A stretch of DNA of 62,983 bases, counting the filler, from Collodictyon triciliatum (lineage: Eukaryota), in the NCBI GenBank assembly GCA_043381765.1. It is 14 parts of 14 records of this genome, joined end to end, with 100 filler letters (N's around TTAATTAATTAA, not from the genome) between each part and the next. Parts side by side here need not be neighbours in the genome. Positions count along the whole stretch, not along the records: positions 26,496 to 30,807 come from JBHJMP010006247.1; positions 30,908 to 35,222 come from JBHJMP010006248.1; positions 35,323 to 39,631 come from JBHJMP010006249.1; positions 39,732 to 44,023 come from JBHJMP010006250.1; positions 44,124 to 48,439 come from JBHJMP010006253.1; 9 more parts are not named here. One strand, given 5' to 3'. A model generated the notes under the pieces. The model had not been told where the DNA came from. It searched no databases and saw nothing but the letters and a program-made list of their open reading frames with translations. The translations under genes were made by a program, and so were the position numbers. This document shows positions 26,989 through 45,819 of this stretch, one piece after another (position 1 is the stretch's first letter; every line of letters starts with the position of its first letter).

Positions 26989-29900
26989 TTAATCCAACAA
27001 CGGGTCAGATAATCGTTTTCCATTCTTCAGATTTTTCATCTTGACCAATTTTTGCTTGATTTTGCCACTTTTGAATAGAGGAATCACAATAGCGATTGAC
27101 GCAAAATAAAGCAGCCATATTGAGTTCATTCCAATAAGCAGAGCTGTAATCCACGATTGCGAGTCAAACAGAGTCGACATGAGCGAAAGGAAGAAGGACA
27201 AAAAAATAATGTAGAGGCTGGACACCTCCATTTGATTTTCGATTTTCGAGTTGTAAGGCTTATACTCTTTTTGCATCCAAATTGAGCTCTAATAGTTTGT
27301 GCTTGATTTAATATTTAATGCTCAAAAAATTATCTGATATTACGTCATATAAATAAATATTTAATCAACCTGAATAACGATGATGAGAAGCACGAAGAAA
27401 ACCGCTGGGCTTGTGTATGGAATGTCACTGAGCACAAACGAAAAAGCGATGCGGCGTGCGATTATGACAAACTCCCAATACTTGAAGGTCTAAATAATGT
27501 TATTCTCATAAATAATTCCCAATTGATAATGCAAAAAGAAGAAAATTGAATTCAGTACCTCTTTGTATGGCAAGTATAGGAATCCATATCGCGCTCCTGG
27601 TTCGTATCCAGGTCTTTCTGCCATGATTTTCACTTTCCACAATACAAAAGCAGGCAGACCGACCAAGAAAAGAACGAAAACTGGGACAGATATTGCAAGC
27701 AGGTTTTGATATTCATCCAAAGCTGGTCTGCATTGAATCCAGGGCTTGAAATTCAAATACCATTTATTCACACCTTTGTCATAAACAGTGCATCCAAAAA
27801 CACCAAACACCTCTCTTGCAACTGAGTAGTATATAAAAAATAGAAGATTCAAGGTGATGAAAACAGCCTGCCAAAATATTTTTTTTAGTTTTGGTAGTAG
27901 TTGAAGCTGAAACTAATATAAAGATTTTACAATTGAATTTATTTTTTCATCCTTACTTTGTTCTGCTTGTGTCCATGTCCAAAATAGTACGTGACTGAGC
28001 CAATAACGATAAAGATTGGCATTCTTGCAAAACTGAACATCAGAGAAGCAAACACATCGTCTACTCCAAGGACACAGGAAAGGTTGGGAAATTGGATTGA
28101 GCCAATCGACGATGAAACATCGATGAAGCTATTTGAATCTTCTGAAAGAACAAGTCCACCAGAAACAATCGACAGTGTTTGCATGTGTAACATGACTATC
28201 CTGAGTTTCGCTACATAAATATTCTGATTAATATAATAAGAATCAAGTGAAATAACTTAATAACATTTACCTGATTTTGATGTCTCTGTGAAATACAGAT
28301 AGCAAACGAACATAAAAAATCCAATCGAACCAATAATCAGAGTTGAATAAATTGTTCCTTTATCGCATTTCACACACGACCTCCCTTGATTTCCGTATCC
28401 ATTCTGACATTTTGAGCAGGCATTACCTTCATAACCCTCTTGACACAGGTCTATGATTTCGACCGTCACACTTGAATTCGAATTTTTCTCTGGAATCGAC
28501 ACATCACATGACTCGCGACGTGGACATGGTAGTATTGATTTCACAGAGGTAATGCTTGGTGAAGCATGACAGAATTTCAAGGACGTTCCATCAAGGCAAT
28601 CACATCCTCTTGGGCATTGAGCGCAATTATTTCCAAAACCCAAAATAACCAGGCAAACATTTACAAAATTCAAAGTCATAGTATTCTGGATTGAAGTCAA
28701 CCTCCAACTCAACCAGACCAGATTTCGAAATAATGGAAGGACAAAGGTAGCGTTTCGTTTCATCTTGGAGATTGAAAGATGTTGTGAAATTCATGAAATC
28801 AGGAAGAAAATTAGCTGTTCCGTGATTCATCGATGTTTCATTCAATCCCAGATACTCAAGCTTTGAAAATCCGATGTATGATTCAGGGATACTTCCAACA
28901 ATCGGATTTCCAGTGAGGTCAAGGGAAGTCCATCTCAATAGATTTGTGAGTTCATCAAGCTTAGTGATGTTGTTTTTCTTAATACTAAACGTTTTTATGT
29001 TAAGAACATAGTTAAAAAGTCTCCAATTCAGTTCCCCATAGAGTTGGTTGTCATCAAGCAAAAGGTTTTCATAAAAGTAATCGTAATTTTCTGAAGCTGG
29101 AACAATGAAAACACCAACGTCTCCTGAAAATGAGTTGTTTCTCAAATCAATCGTCACTAGATTCGGCAGATTCCAGAATAAATCAGGCATGCTTCCAGAG
29201 AATTTATTATGGGATAAAACAAGTGATTTCAGCTCTAGTAATTCCTGAAAATAGGTTGGAACTGTGCCGTTCATTTTGTTCCAAGACAAGTCGATGTATT
29301 TAATTGAAGGCAATATCCAATTTTCTGGGATAGAGCCACTGATTTGGTTTTCGCTCACATCCAGTCTTGTCAGATTCTTCAGATTGAACATCGGTAATTT
29401 GCTTGACAACTTATTTCGGAATAGTACTATTTCCTTGATGTTTTTGCAATATTTGAAATCTGGAATCTCTCCCTCCAAGTGATTCTCATAAACAGAAAAA
29501 ATCTCCAGTTTACGCATATTTGAGGAGTTTGGGATTGTGCCTAAAATTACTCATTAATGTTTGAGGAAATATGAAAATCAAAAGAAATAGAAAGGGAAAA
29601 TAAGTAGAAATCACCATTCAATCTGTTTCTGTCAAGATAAATTCCTAAAGCATTTGGAATTCCACTGAAGTTTGGAACCGTTCCTGTAATATAAAGTTAG
29701 TTTTGTATCAATGACAAATGAAATAATGATTAAAACTTACCATTGAATTGGTTGTTGCCAATAGAAATCCCTAAAACATTTGGAATTCCACTGAAGTTTG
29801 GAACTGTTCCTGTTATATAAAGTTAGTTTTGTATCAATAATACATGAAAATTACTATAAAAACATACCAATCAATTGGTTGCTGGAAAGAGAAATTATAT

Positions 29901-30807
29901 CAACATTTGGAATTCCATTGAAGTTTGGAACTGTACCTGTTGTATAAAGTTAGTTTTGTATCAATAAAACATGATATTATAATTAAAATTTACCATTCAA
30001 TTGGTTGCTGTCAAGAGAAATTATTCCAACATACGGAATTCCACTGAAGTTTGGAACTGTTCCTGTAATATAAAATTAGTTTTTATCAATAAAACATGAT
30101 ATTATAATTAAAATTTACCATTCAATTGATTGCTGTGAAGATAAATTCTTTCAAGATTTGGAATTCCACTGAAGTTTGGAACTGTTCCTGTAATAAAGAG
30201 TTAGTTTTTCATCAATATATGATTTAATGTTTAAAACTTACCGGTCAACTGATTGTTGGAAAGATAAATTCTTTCAAGATTTGGAATTCCACTGAAGTTT
30301 GGAACTGTTCCTGTAATAAAGAGTTAGTTTTCATCAAGAAAACATGAAATCATAATTAAAATTTACCATTCAATTGATTGCTGTGAAGATAAATTCTTTC
30401 AATATTTGAAATTCTGTTGAAGTTTGGAACTGTTCCTGTAATAAAGAGTTAGTTTTTTATCAATAACACATGAAATAATAATTAAAATTTACCGGTCAAC
30501 TGATTGCTGTCAAGGTATATTATTTCAATATTTGAAATTCTGTTGAAGTTTGGAACTGTTCCTGTAACGTAACGTCAGTTTTGTATCAATACCACATGAA
30601 ATAATCATACAAAGTTACCATCCAACTGATTGCTGTGAAGATAAATTCTTTCAAGATTTGGAATTCCAATGAAGTTTGGAACTGTTCCTGTAATATAAAG
30701 TTAGTTTTTATCAATAAAACATGATATTATAATTAAAATTTACCATTCAATTGGTTGCTGTCAAGAGAAATTATTCCAACATACGGAATTCCACTGAAGT
30801 TTGGAAC
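26989..30807 (-). CDS. LRR plus Cys-rich plus multi-TM receptor-like protein, multi-exon, 5' truncated, 1-nt frameshift near 28637
   Basis: Plant-type LRRs (LxxLDLSxNxxSGxIP), CQEGYEGNACSKC, and TM exons with YGFLYLPYK, YWEFVIIARR and YKPYNSKIENQME. Confidence 0.87.
29615..30807 (-). repeat. Tandem array of about 126-nt units, each a 69-nt LRR exon plus a ~57-nt GT-AG intron; 9 full and 1 partial
   Basis: Exons such as 29615-29683 and 29741-29809 encode GTVPNFSGIPNxxxIxLxxNQLx; the introns are also near-identical. Confidence 0.93.
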
Positions 30808-31040
30808 NNNNNNNNNNNNNNNNNNNNNNNNNNNNNNNNNNNNNNNNNNNNTTAATTAATTAANNNNNNNNNNNNNNNNNNNNNNNNNNNNNNNNNNNNN
30901 NNNNNNNTTTTTTTTCTTTTTTTTTTCATTTTTTTTTTCAGTAAAGGTTGCAGCGAAAAGATGCAGGATCGTTCGATATGAACATATGAGGGGATTTAGG
31001 GTTAGAATAGAGTGAAAAGTATGTGAGTGTTTGCAGTTAC

Positions 31041-31081
31041 TTGTCCAGACGTCCTTTCGCGATCTTTGTCTTTTTACCCAT
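31041..31081 (-). CDS. SPB1: SPB1/FTSJ3 rRNA methyltransferase, first exon
   Basis: MGKKTKIAKGRLDK followed by a GTAACT donor; matches the conserved Spb1 N-terminus MGKxxKxGKxRLDK. Confidence 0.72.
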
Positions 31082-31927
31082 GGTGCGACTTGAAGTTGTG
31101 TCCGCTTTGCGTCTTGTTGTTGAGAGTCTTGCGCCTGAATGCCGACTGTGCTTGTGAGTATGTGACTTTGTGCTTGTGTAGATTAGTGTGTGAAGTGGGG
31201 TGAGGTTGATCGATGAAGAGACCACAGAGTTCAAATGCGGAAAATATGATATATAACCCACTTGATTGATTAAATGATGTATAATTGGACGCAATTGCAT
31301 AATATTATATGGGTAATATGTTAATGAATTGTATAAATTATCTCAGCCATTAATGTCAGCCCGTATTGCTTGTTATATCATCTAATGCGCGCACAATGAG
31401 GAAGAAGCGAGATTANNNNNNNNNNNNNNNNNNNNNNNNNNNNNNNNNNNNNNNNNNNNNNNNNNNNNNNNNNNNNNNNNNNNNNNNNNNNNNNNNNNNN
31501 NNNNNNNNNNNNNNNNNNNNNNNNNNNNNNNNNNNNNNNNNNNNNNNNNNNNNNNNNNNNNNNNNNNNNNNNNNNNNNNNNNNNNNNNNNNNNNNNNNNN
31601 NNNNNNNNNNNNNNNNNNNNNNNNNNNNNNNNNNNNNNNNNNNNNNNNNNNNNNNNNNNNNNNNNNNNNNNNNNNNNNNNNNNNNNNNNNNNNNNNNNNN
31701 NNNNNNNNNNNNNNNNNNNNNNNNNNNNNNNNNNNNNNNNNNNNNNNNNNNNNNNNNNNNNNNNNNNNNNNNNNNNNNNNNNNNNNNNNNNNNNNNNNNN
31801 NNNNNNNNNNNNNNNNNNNNNNNNNNNNNNNNNNNNNNNNNNNNNNNNNNNNNNNNNNNNNNNNNNNNNNNNNNNNNNNNNNNNNNNNNNNNNNNNNNNN
31901 NAAACGCAAACGCAAACGGCAACCTCA

Positions 31928-32964
31928 ATGACCGGCTGCTCGGGACGATCCGTCTGCGACTTTCTGCACTCGGCCTACGTCACAGTCCGGTCGGGGCTCT
32001 CTTGTGTCTTCAGTCAACTTTCTTTGGGTTCGCCAGCGACGCAGTATTACCAGACAGGAAGCGATCCGACCTTGGACTACGACGAAAGCAATATCGATCC
32101 AAACTTTGTCAACGAAGGTATGCGACTAACTGGAGTGTGCTTTTTTATATTTCATTATTTTTGTCTTTCGAAAACCTTCTTGCTTTGGTTTGGATTCTGT
32201 GCATGGTTATTATATACATGCAAAACATATTTCCTTTCTTCTCCATGGTACTCTGCTGGCTCGCTTTGGAGTTGGGCCAAGACTTTAGAGTCTGCGGATA
32301 ATTTGTTTCGGCATGAATATCCATTCTTTGTAAGAACATTCCTCATTTTCACTCTTGCAGGTGCGACAAAATGGAAAGCTGATCGCTCTAAATGGCTCTC
32401 TGTTCCAGAAGGACGAGCAAGGTAATAACGATAATATAATTATATGTTTTTCTTCCTATTCTACAAATACATGGTCGTTAGTTTTCCAGAAGTGTCTTCT
32501 TATCTTTCTGACGAACTCTTTCTATGGAAACAGTACTTCCTAAAATCGCTAATAAGGCAGTCAGCATATCACCACACATACACGCTACTAAATATATTGC
32601 TCAATAAACAATCATCCAGGAGAACAGCAAGAACACTGACGCAAGATCAGTTCGACTTGCTGTGGGAAGACATATCATCACGTGATGCGTTGACAGAGCG
32701 CGCTCCGCTTGGCCAGGTCTGAACTCATTGACACGTATAAAAGCGCTATATTTTTTTTTTTGAAGGGGAAGTGTTTGTCCCTTCACACGTGGTTGCATAT
32801 TTGCTCAATATGACAGAGGAAGAAAAAAAGAAAAAAAAAGAGCTAATTCTGTGAATAGACATATCTGCCCACTCTTTCTTTTCTTTCTCAATTCTTTTTC
32901 TCCCTCTGAGCAGGTCGTTAAAGTTTTACACGAAATGTGGGATGAGGACAACGATATCGATTGA
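31928..32964 (+). CDS. DUF4050/Gag1-like clamp domain protein, 4 exons (start may lie upstream in the gap)
   Basis: Spliced FVNE|GATKWKADRSKW..|..FDLLWEDI..ERAPLGQ|VVKVLHEMWDED* resembles the DUF4050 FVNxG..W / PL..V..L...W pattern. Confidence 0.7.
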
Positions 32965-33131
32965 CGTACACATTTCCGGTACATGTGTTGTTTCAGTTGC
33001 TTCTTTAATCTTGGGAGACTTCGCTATCATTTACATTCAAAGGAGCACCACACCTCTTCTATACCTCTACATCGGCTTTTCTTCTTCTTTCTGCCACATT
33101 CATTCGCTCTTTCCTATCACATCATCATCAC

Positions 33132-33233
<102 letters not shown>

Positions 33234-33591
33234 ACACTGAATTCCCCTGGTTAATCGGATTGATTACTTGTATAAAATCCGCCCCTCATTCCCTCCCCAT
33301 TCATCTTCTTTTCCTTCCTCTTCATAGCGATTATAATATTAATAAAAAAAAAAGTGAAACCCTGCACAACACAACCCCACAGACACGCTTTCTTTGTTTT
33401 GCGCCTCAAGCATCAAAGGGAACACGCTTATTTACTCTTTTTTTTTTTATTATTATTATTATTATATTAACAATAACAAGAAAGAAAATCGTAACTATTC
33501 AAAAACGAGACACTGGTTTGTTTTGTTTGTTCCACCACTACTTATTAATACTTTATTATAATTAGACATCAACCCGGGAAGTAAACTCAGC

Positions 33592-34182
33592 TCATGCTTG
33601 GAAACTCGACTCCATTTGGGAGGAAGACGCTTGCGCATGGTTGTTGGATTCTGCTGATGTGGGATGTGGGAATGAAGTGATGGTCGGGACTCTGAGGTTC
33701 TGTGTGAAAGCCTGGAACTGTTGCTGATGCATCCGGAACTCGTCCTCTGTGACAAAGAGTGTGTGCTCCATCATCTCCAGGAAGGCCACTTCCAGCCGGT
33801 TGATGTGTTGCAGAGAAAGCAGGCTGAGTTGGCGGAAGGAGTCATTGTCAAAGGGCGGCTCTTGAAGAAACTTGCAGGCGGCCATGGACGAGACGACAAA
33901 GACTTTGGGCAGGTTGGAGAATGTGACAGGGTAGCCTTTCTGCATCAGCCGGCAGATGTAGACGATGGCGAGAACCAGGTCTGTTTCCCCAGCCACTTTG
34001 AACTTCTCCAGCTCGCTGATGAATGTGGCGACGGCTCGGCAGTTTTCGGAGGCGTAGAACTGGTTGAATGGCTGGATTCTCTCGTGCAGAGTTGCGTCGT
34101 CTGTTTGTGCGGTGGGCTGCTGCGTCTGGTGGGCGACAATCCGGGAAATGTAGAGCGATACGGCGCGGGATAATGAAGTCAT
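33592..34182 (-). CDS. PHO80/P-type (cyclin-U-like) cyclin, intronless
   Basis: LAIVYICRL..PVTFSNLPKVFVVSSMAACKF..FDNDSF..INRLEVAFL..LFV. Confidence 0.85.
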   Translation of the reverse strand: MTSLSRAVSLYISRIVAHQTQQPTAQTDDATLHERIQPFNQFYASENCRAVATFISELEKFKVAGETDLVLAIVYICRLMQKGYPVTFSNLPKVFVVSSMAACKFLQEPPFDNDSFRQLSLLSLQHINRLEVAFLEMMEHTLFVTEDEFRMHQQQFQAFTQNLRVPTITSFPHPTSAESNNHAQASSSQMESSFQA

Positions 34183-35481
34183 CTTGTTTGTGTTTGTGTT
34201 GGTTCTTTGTTCTTTGTTCTTTGTTCTTTGTTCTTGGTTCTTGGTTCTTGTTCGCTGCTTTGGTGATTTGGTGATTTGGTGGTGCCCAAGTGAAAGTCAG
34301 ATGTACCAAAACCGAGGCCCAATTAAATATGGGTGTTTTGTAGGAACGAGCAGGGAGGATTTCGGCGAGCTAGTGATGAATTTTATGGAATGGGCTAGGA
34401 GGAAAGGGGCGTAGTATGCAGTTCAGCTTATTTTGTATATTACTATTTTAGTGTATAAATTTCTATATTTCAATCATTAGTATTTGAATTATATAATAAT
34501 TATAATTATATATTATAATATCCAGAATTAGATGTTAGGTATAATTAGTACGAAAAATCATAGAATAGTTACTGCATACCTATTCTGGTTGAAAAGCGCA
34601 AACGACTCTGATTCAAAAGATACCGCTGCGTGTCATGCGCAAAGGCTGCCCTGTTGTTATCATGTATTATCATGATGATGGCATCATCTGACTGCGTGAT
34701 GACCTTTTGTCACACCAAGCACTTGCTCAACTTCTGGGCAACGGGTTCAGCTATGGTTCTGCATTGTCGAAACGAAGGCATTTGTGTGCGATTGCTTGAA
34801 ATGCTATCTTTGTGGATTCTGCGTTGATGCAGAAGGACACTAAATCAGAAGAATCTTCCTAATCGAAGATTGAGGGGGTCGGATGCTATGGCATACCATG
34901 ATTGCATGAGAGTGTGTACTGTTTTTATTCTTTTCTATTATATTTATGTGTTGATTACTCCTGGAGACAAGAAGTCAGTAATCCTTGAGGAGTTCGGCAA
35001 AAGCCTTCATTAAGAAGCTCTGCTACTTATCTCGTCGGTTTGGTGGTGATTATCCTCTCGTTTACCTTGCCGACTCGGCATCCTTCAACCATTATGTGCG
35101 GAAGTTAGAGAAAAAAGAAAAAAGAAGAAAGAAGAAAGAAGAAAGAAGAAAGAAGAAAGAAGAAAGAAGAAAGAAGAAAGAAGAAAGAAGAAAGAAGAAA
35201 GAAGAAAGAAGAAAAGAAAAAANNNNNNNNNNNNNNNNNNNNNNNNNNNNNNNNNNNNNNNNNNNNTTAATTAATTAANNNNNNNNNNNNNNNNNNNNNN
35301 NNNNNNNNNNNNNNNNNNNNNNAATATTAATTTTTGTTTTTTATTTTGTAAAATATAAAAGTGACCGCCTTTTTGTTTTTTTTTTTTTTTTTAAAAAAAA
35401 AAGGCAGATAATACAAAAAGGTGGAAGAGAAGAAAAGAGTTGAAGAGGAAAAAATGCTTATGCTTGTCAAATGAAACTCAC

Positions 35482-38421
<2,940 letters not shown>

Positions 38422-39058
38422 CGCGCTATGCGGTGTGTAAATGTTTTGTTTTTGTTTTTGTTCTTGTTTTTACGATATAAGGCATCATTCTGTGTTTGTA
38501 ACTCGCATAGCTCGAACTATGAATATGGAGTGAGTTTTTTCATTTTTCTCATTTTTTCTCACTTTTCCTTATTTTTGTCTTTTTTTTGTATATATTTTTG
38601 CTATTGCGAAACGATGAGATGCGATAAACGCAGGAATACTACCGGGTTCGTGTTGGAATCACTCGGGAAATATATGTAGTATCATAACGATAACTAAAAT
38701 CAGTGATATGAAGCAATTTTATATCATAGCTATCAACTGATTGACGAATTAAGAGAATTTAAATACAAATAAACATAATTTCCATAATAAATACACAAAT
38801 ATGGTATCCCCATCCCGTGTTTTTAATCACACAACCAAAACTCACAACCTGCCTGATTCTCACGTGATTCCTTTTTTTTTTTTTTTAATTTATTTATTCA
38901 TATTGAGCCGATATAATCTCCGTGAGGAAAAGAGATGACATCCAAATCCCCAGGGGTGCATCAGAGCCTGCGCAGAATCAACCAGCATCGTTCCCCAGCT
39001 TCCCAATCGCTGTCTTTTGGGGTCTCGGAGAAGCGCGGCCGCAGAAGACAGAGCGGGG

Positions 39059-39575
39059 CTAGTAGATGGGTCTCGAACCGGACGAGGCAGCCCCATGCGA
39101 GGAGCCCCAAACGCCGTGTGAGGAGCCGTGGCGCCCGTTGTCGTTGTTGGCATCGTCCGAGTCACTGCTCGAGTCATCTGCGTCGCGGCTGCTTTGGGGC
39201 GCGGCTGGCGGCAGCTTCGCGGAGTCCTCGTCCTTGCGGCGCCGGTAGAAGAGCACATATGCTGATGTCGAGACGACAGAGCCTTCGCGTTCCCCACTGA
39301 CATAACTGCATATATATGTTTTTGTGTTCATACGTGAGGATTTGTTTGTCAGACAGAAATGCAGACACAGTCTCTTTCTCTCTCTTTTTTTTTCTTTCTT
39401 TTTTAAATTATTATGAATTGCAGACGAGCGATGGTGTTGGATGCAAAGTTGGGTGGTGGGCGATTGGAGAGGGAAAGAAGGGTTGTACCTGTCGTCGTAG
39501 GAGCGCCACTGCTGGTCGTATGAGTTTTTGCAGTATGCGGTATAGTGTCCGCCTCCGAGTCCGCCCATGTGGTTC
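39059..39575 (-). CDS. C-terminal end (His box) of a USP4/15-like deubiquitinase
   Basis: NHMGGLGGGHYTAYCKN..WRSYDD|SYVS..SAYVLFYRRR; intron about 39308-39488. Confidence 0.9.
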
Positions 39576-40750
39576 TGTGGTAGGTGAAAGAAAAAAAAGA
39601 AAAAAAAGAAAAAAAAGAAAAAAAAAGAAAANNNNNNNNNNNNNNNNNNNNNNNNNNNNNNNNNNNNNNNNNNNNTTAATTAATTAANNNNNNNNNNNNN
39701 NNNNNNNNNNNNNNNNNNNNNNNNNNNNNNNGCTAGGTTATCTTAGGTGTCCAGTATCTGGAGCTCTCTTGTTTTTCTACTCCATTTGTGTTTTCTACTC
39801 TGTTTTTTTGTGTTTTCTACTGTTTTTTTGTGTTTTCTACTGTTTTTTTTCTATTTTTCTGATTTTTTTTATATTTTTCGCAAAAGGTCATGTTTCCGCG
39901 CTTTGGTTGTTTCGACACCAACGTCACGTTCTCCGTGTCGTGTGTTGTGGCTTTTTTAAATGCCAGTTTTTATTTGAAAGATGGTATGGTACCTATGTGG
40001 GGGTGTCTTACAAATGCGGACTTTATAGTGCGCGGATTATGCGAGCGTGTGGTATATCGTTTACAACCCACAGCACACGTAAATCAGTCACACGCACATA
40101 TTGTGGCATCATTAGTTTCCAGTCACACAGGAATCATCAGTGCAAAGTGTCACGCAACAAAACCAACTAAACATACATCTTCTCCCAGTCTGTTCATCCC
40201 AAACCGCAAACTACACAAACCACGAACCACATCAATCGCACCGACTCATAAAGCGCTTAACAAGGAAGAAAAAAAAAAAGGAAGCTTCCAGAAGGAATCA
40301 CAGGAAGAGAAAATGAGAGGCGGTGTGATGCCAAACGAAGCGTGTGCATATAATCCGGATTCCATTCACCCACATCCGCCACACCAGATAATCTCACAAC
40401 CATATATAATGCGACGATTCACTCAGAATCCGCCAATCTTCTAATGTCTGCTTCGCTTTTTGAGCCACAATCACCGAGTCATCAACGGCCATCACACACA
40501 CAGAAAGAGAAAGAGAAGGAGAGACAAGGGCGGTTCAAGCAGGTTCAAAGCAGGCAAACAAAGAGGAAAAGAAGGAGCGCAAGAAAGGAGATAATGTCTG
40601 TTCTTTCTGGCGACGAAATACGCAAGGCCATCGAAGCAGGGTTTTTGATTTTCTTTTCTTGCGTGTCTGCAGGTGGGAAACAACATGACAAAGTATTCGA
40701 GGAATGTGGCGGTAAACGACATGGTTTCCAACTGAAAATTTAATGTGTTT

Positions 40751-43837
<3,087 letters not shown>

Positions 43838-44429
43838 CTAAATTTTTAAAGCCACGTCAGAGAGGGTTTGATTTCAATATGCATGAATGATTCATTTCAT
43901 GTGGCCAAGATAGAAAAGAAAAGTAAAGAAAAGTAAAGTAAAGTAAAGTAAAGTAAAGTAAAGTAAAGTAAAGTAAAGTAAAGTAAAGTAAAGTAAAGTA
44001 AAGTAAAGTAAAGTAAAGTAAAGNNNNNNNNNNNNNNNNNNNNNNNNNNNNNNNNNNNNNNNNNNNNTTAATTAATTAANNNNNNNNNNNNNNNNNNNNN
44101 NNNNNNNNNNNNNNNNNNNNNNNAAAAAGAAAAAGAAAAAGAAAAAGAAAAAGAAAAAGAAAAAGAAAAAGAAAAAGAAAAAGAAAAAGAAAAAGAAAAA
44201 GAAAAAGAAAAAAGAAAAAGAAAATATAAAAGAGAGAAAGGGTTCTCACACGCAGACTATTCTACCCGAAGTGATTGAATTCCGTCGCGATTTCTGGTTG
44301 TATTTGAGACTGACAGAAGAGCGGATAGAGTTGTCGGGTCGATGAAAATACGCACATGGCTGTTATTTCTCAAATCGATTCCGACGAGTAATTTCAACCT
44401 TCTATCTCAGACAGGGTTTACATCCTATT

Positions 44430-45810
44430 TCATTCCACAGGATGAGTTTTTTGAAGGGACAACGGGTCACTTTCCTTGCGTTTCTTGCTGGGCGACTCAG
44501 ACAGAAAGCGATGCATCGTTGTTTGCCTGGTATTCACGGAAGTGGCGCTTGACCGTCCCCTGGTTTCGGAACCATGCGTAGCCAGCTGTGGACTTTGCTT
44601 AACCGGAGTATGGATACGCGTTTGTGGTTTTAAAAACATACGCTCCTGCTTGCTCGGACTGTCTTCATTTTGTGAAGTTCAAAGCTTGGATTCGACTTCT
44701 GGTGTTTGCTCTTGCTCCTTGGTTCTCGGTGCGACGGGCTGGGGCAGGGTAAACGGACTATCTTTGGTGGGCGCTGATTCTTGTGATGCCTTCGCTTTGG
44801 AGTATACTTTCGGATAAGTAACGAAGACTGCCTTGATGCCTCCTATGTTAACCATATTCACGTCAGTCTGAATGGGTAGTTTAAGGGGGGATTTCATTCG
44901 GGGTTTGGAGATGCGCTGCTCTTGGGTCTTGTGATGTGCGGGCTTGTCTGGCGTTGGCGGTGGATGGCTCGAGTGCGATGATTCTGAAGAGGAACCGAGA
45001 TTTCCTTCCATGTCATCGTCGCTGTCGCTGTATGCGCGTATCTGTTGTGAGTCTTGCAGACTCTGTTGTTGCCTGGCTTTGGCTCTCTTGACCCCGGTTG
45101 CTGCTTGTCTGCTTGGCGAGTGTATTCTTTTGCGGGGCTTTTACTTGTTGTTTGTTATTCGCGGCTGTCGGGCGCTCTTTGAGGATGCGCTTTGGACACT
45201 TTTTGCCCATGACCGTAAACTTTGCAGAGAGCTGGTTCTTGTGGTAGAGAAGCTTCACCGAGGACGTGTCTGTGAAGAAGCCTTTGTCTTTTTTTGATCT
45301 CCACGTGGGTCTGTCTGAACGACTTCAGCTCCTCACGAAGTAGTTACGGTCACACGTCCAGTGATAGTTGGTAGAGCATCACCGAGGCCTCTGTTGGTTT
45401 ACTTTTGCTGAAGCTGATCGTAATATCAATCAAACTTACCTGCTTCAGCTCCAGAAGCTTTCGGGCGTTTTCTGCAGTGCGGAAGGAAATCAGGCAAAGG
45501 CCTTCGCTGTCCGGTAAGCGCCATTGGATGGACTCTTCCCAAAGTTTGTTCGCTTTCAAGAAGGAGGCGAGTGCATCTGTGAGCCTGCGGGCCTTGTTCT
45601 TGTTATAAACGACTTGCTCGACCCCGTGCAAAAATATTGTCCGCTCAGACAGATTTGAAGGCGGCTTCCTTGCACGGGTCTTCCTAGACTTGCGTGCAAC
45701 TCGGGGGTTTTTCCACACCAGCGTTGGAACCAGAAGAACTGGTTGCAACTTGCAAAGCCTTCGACGGGTCGCGGCTTGTGTTTTCCCTCCATCAGGCGCA
45801 GGAAGAAGCT
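44430..45810 (-). mobile_element. Probable LINE ORF1 (RRM-like N-terminus, low-complexity C-terminus), frameshifted
   Basis: ORF pieces 45350-45832, 45013-45258 and 44679-45011; homologous to 9703-10555. Confidence 0.6.
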
Positions 45811-45819
45811 TGAAAATTG

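Noticed and set aside
29615-30807. CRISPR-like regularly spaced repeats
   Set aside because: Both parts of the unit are repeated and are explained as LRR exon plus intron; eukaryotic context with no cas genes
34985-35100. Possible first coding exon at the contig end
   Set aside because: Frame and product cannot be determined
39890-40444. 184-aa plus-strand ORF
   Set aside because: No recognisable motifs, non-ATG start and UTR-like composition
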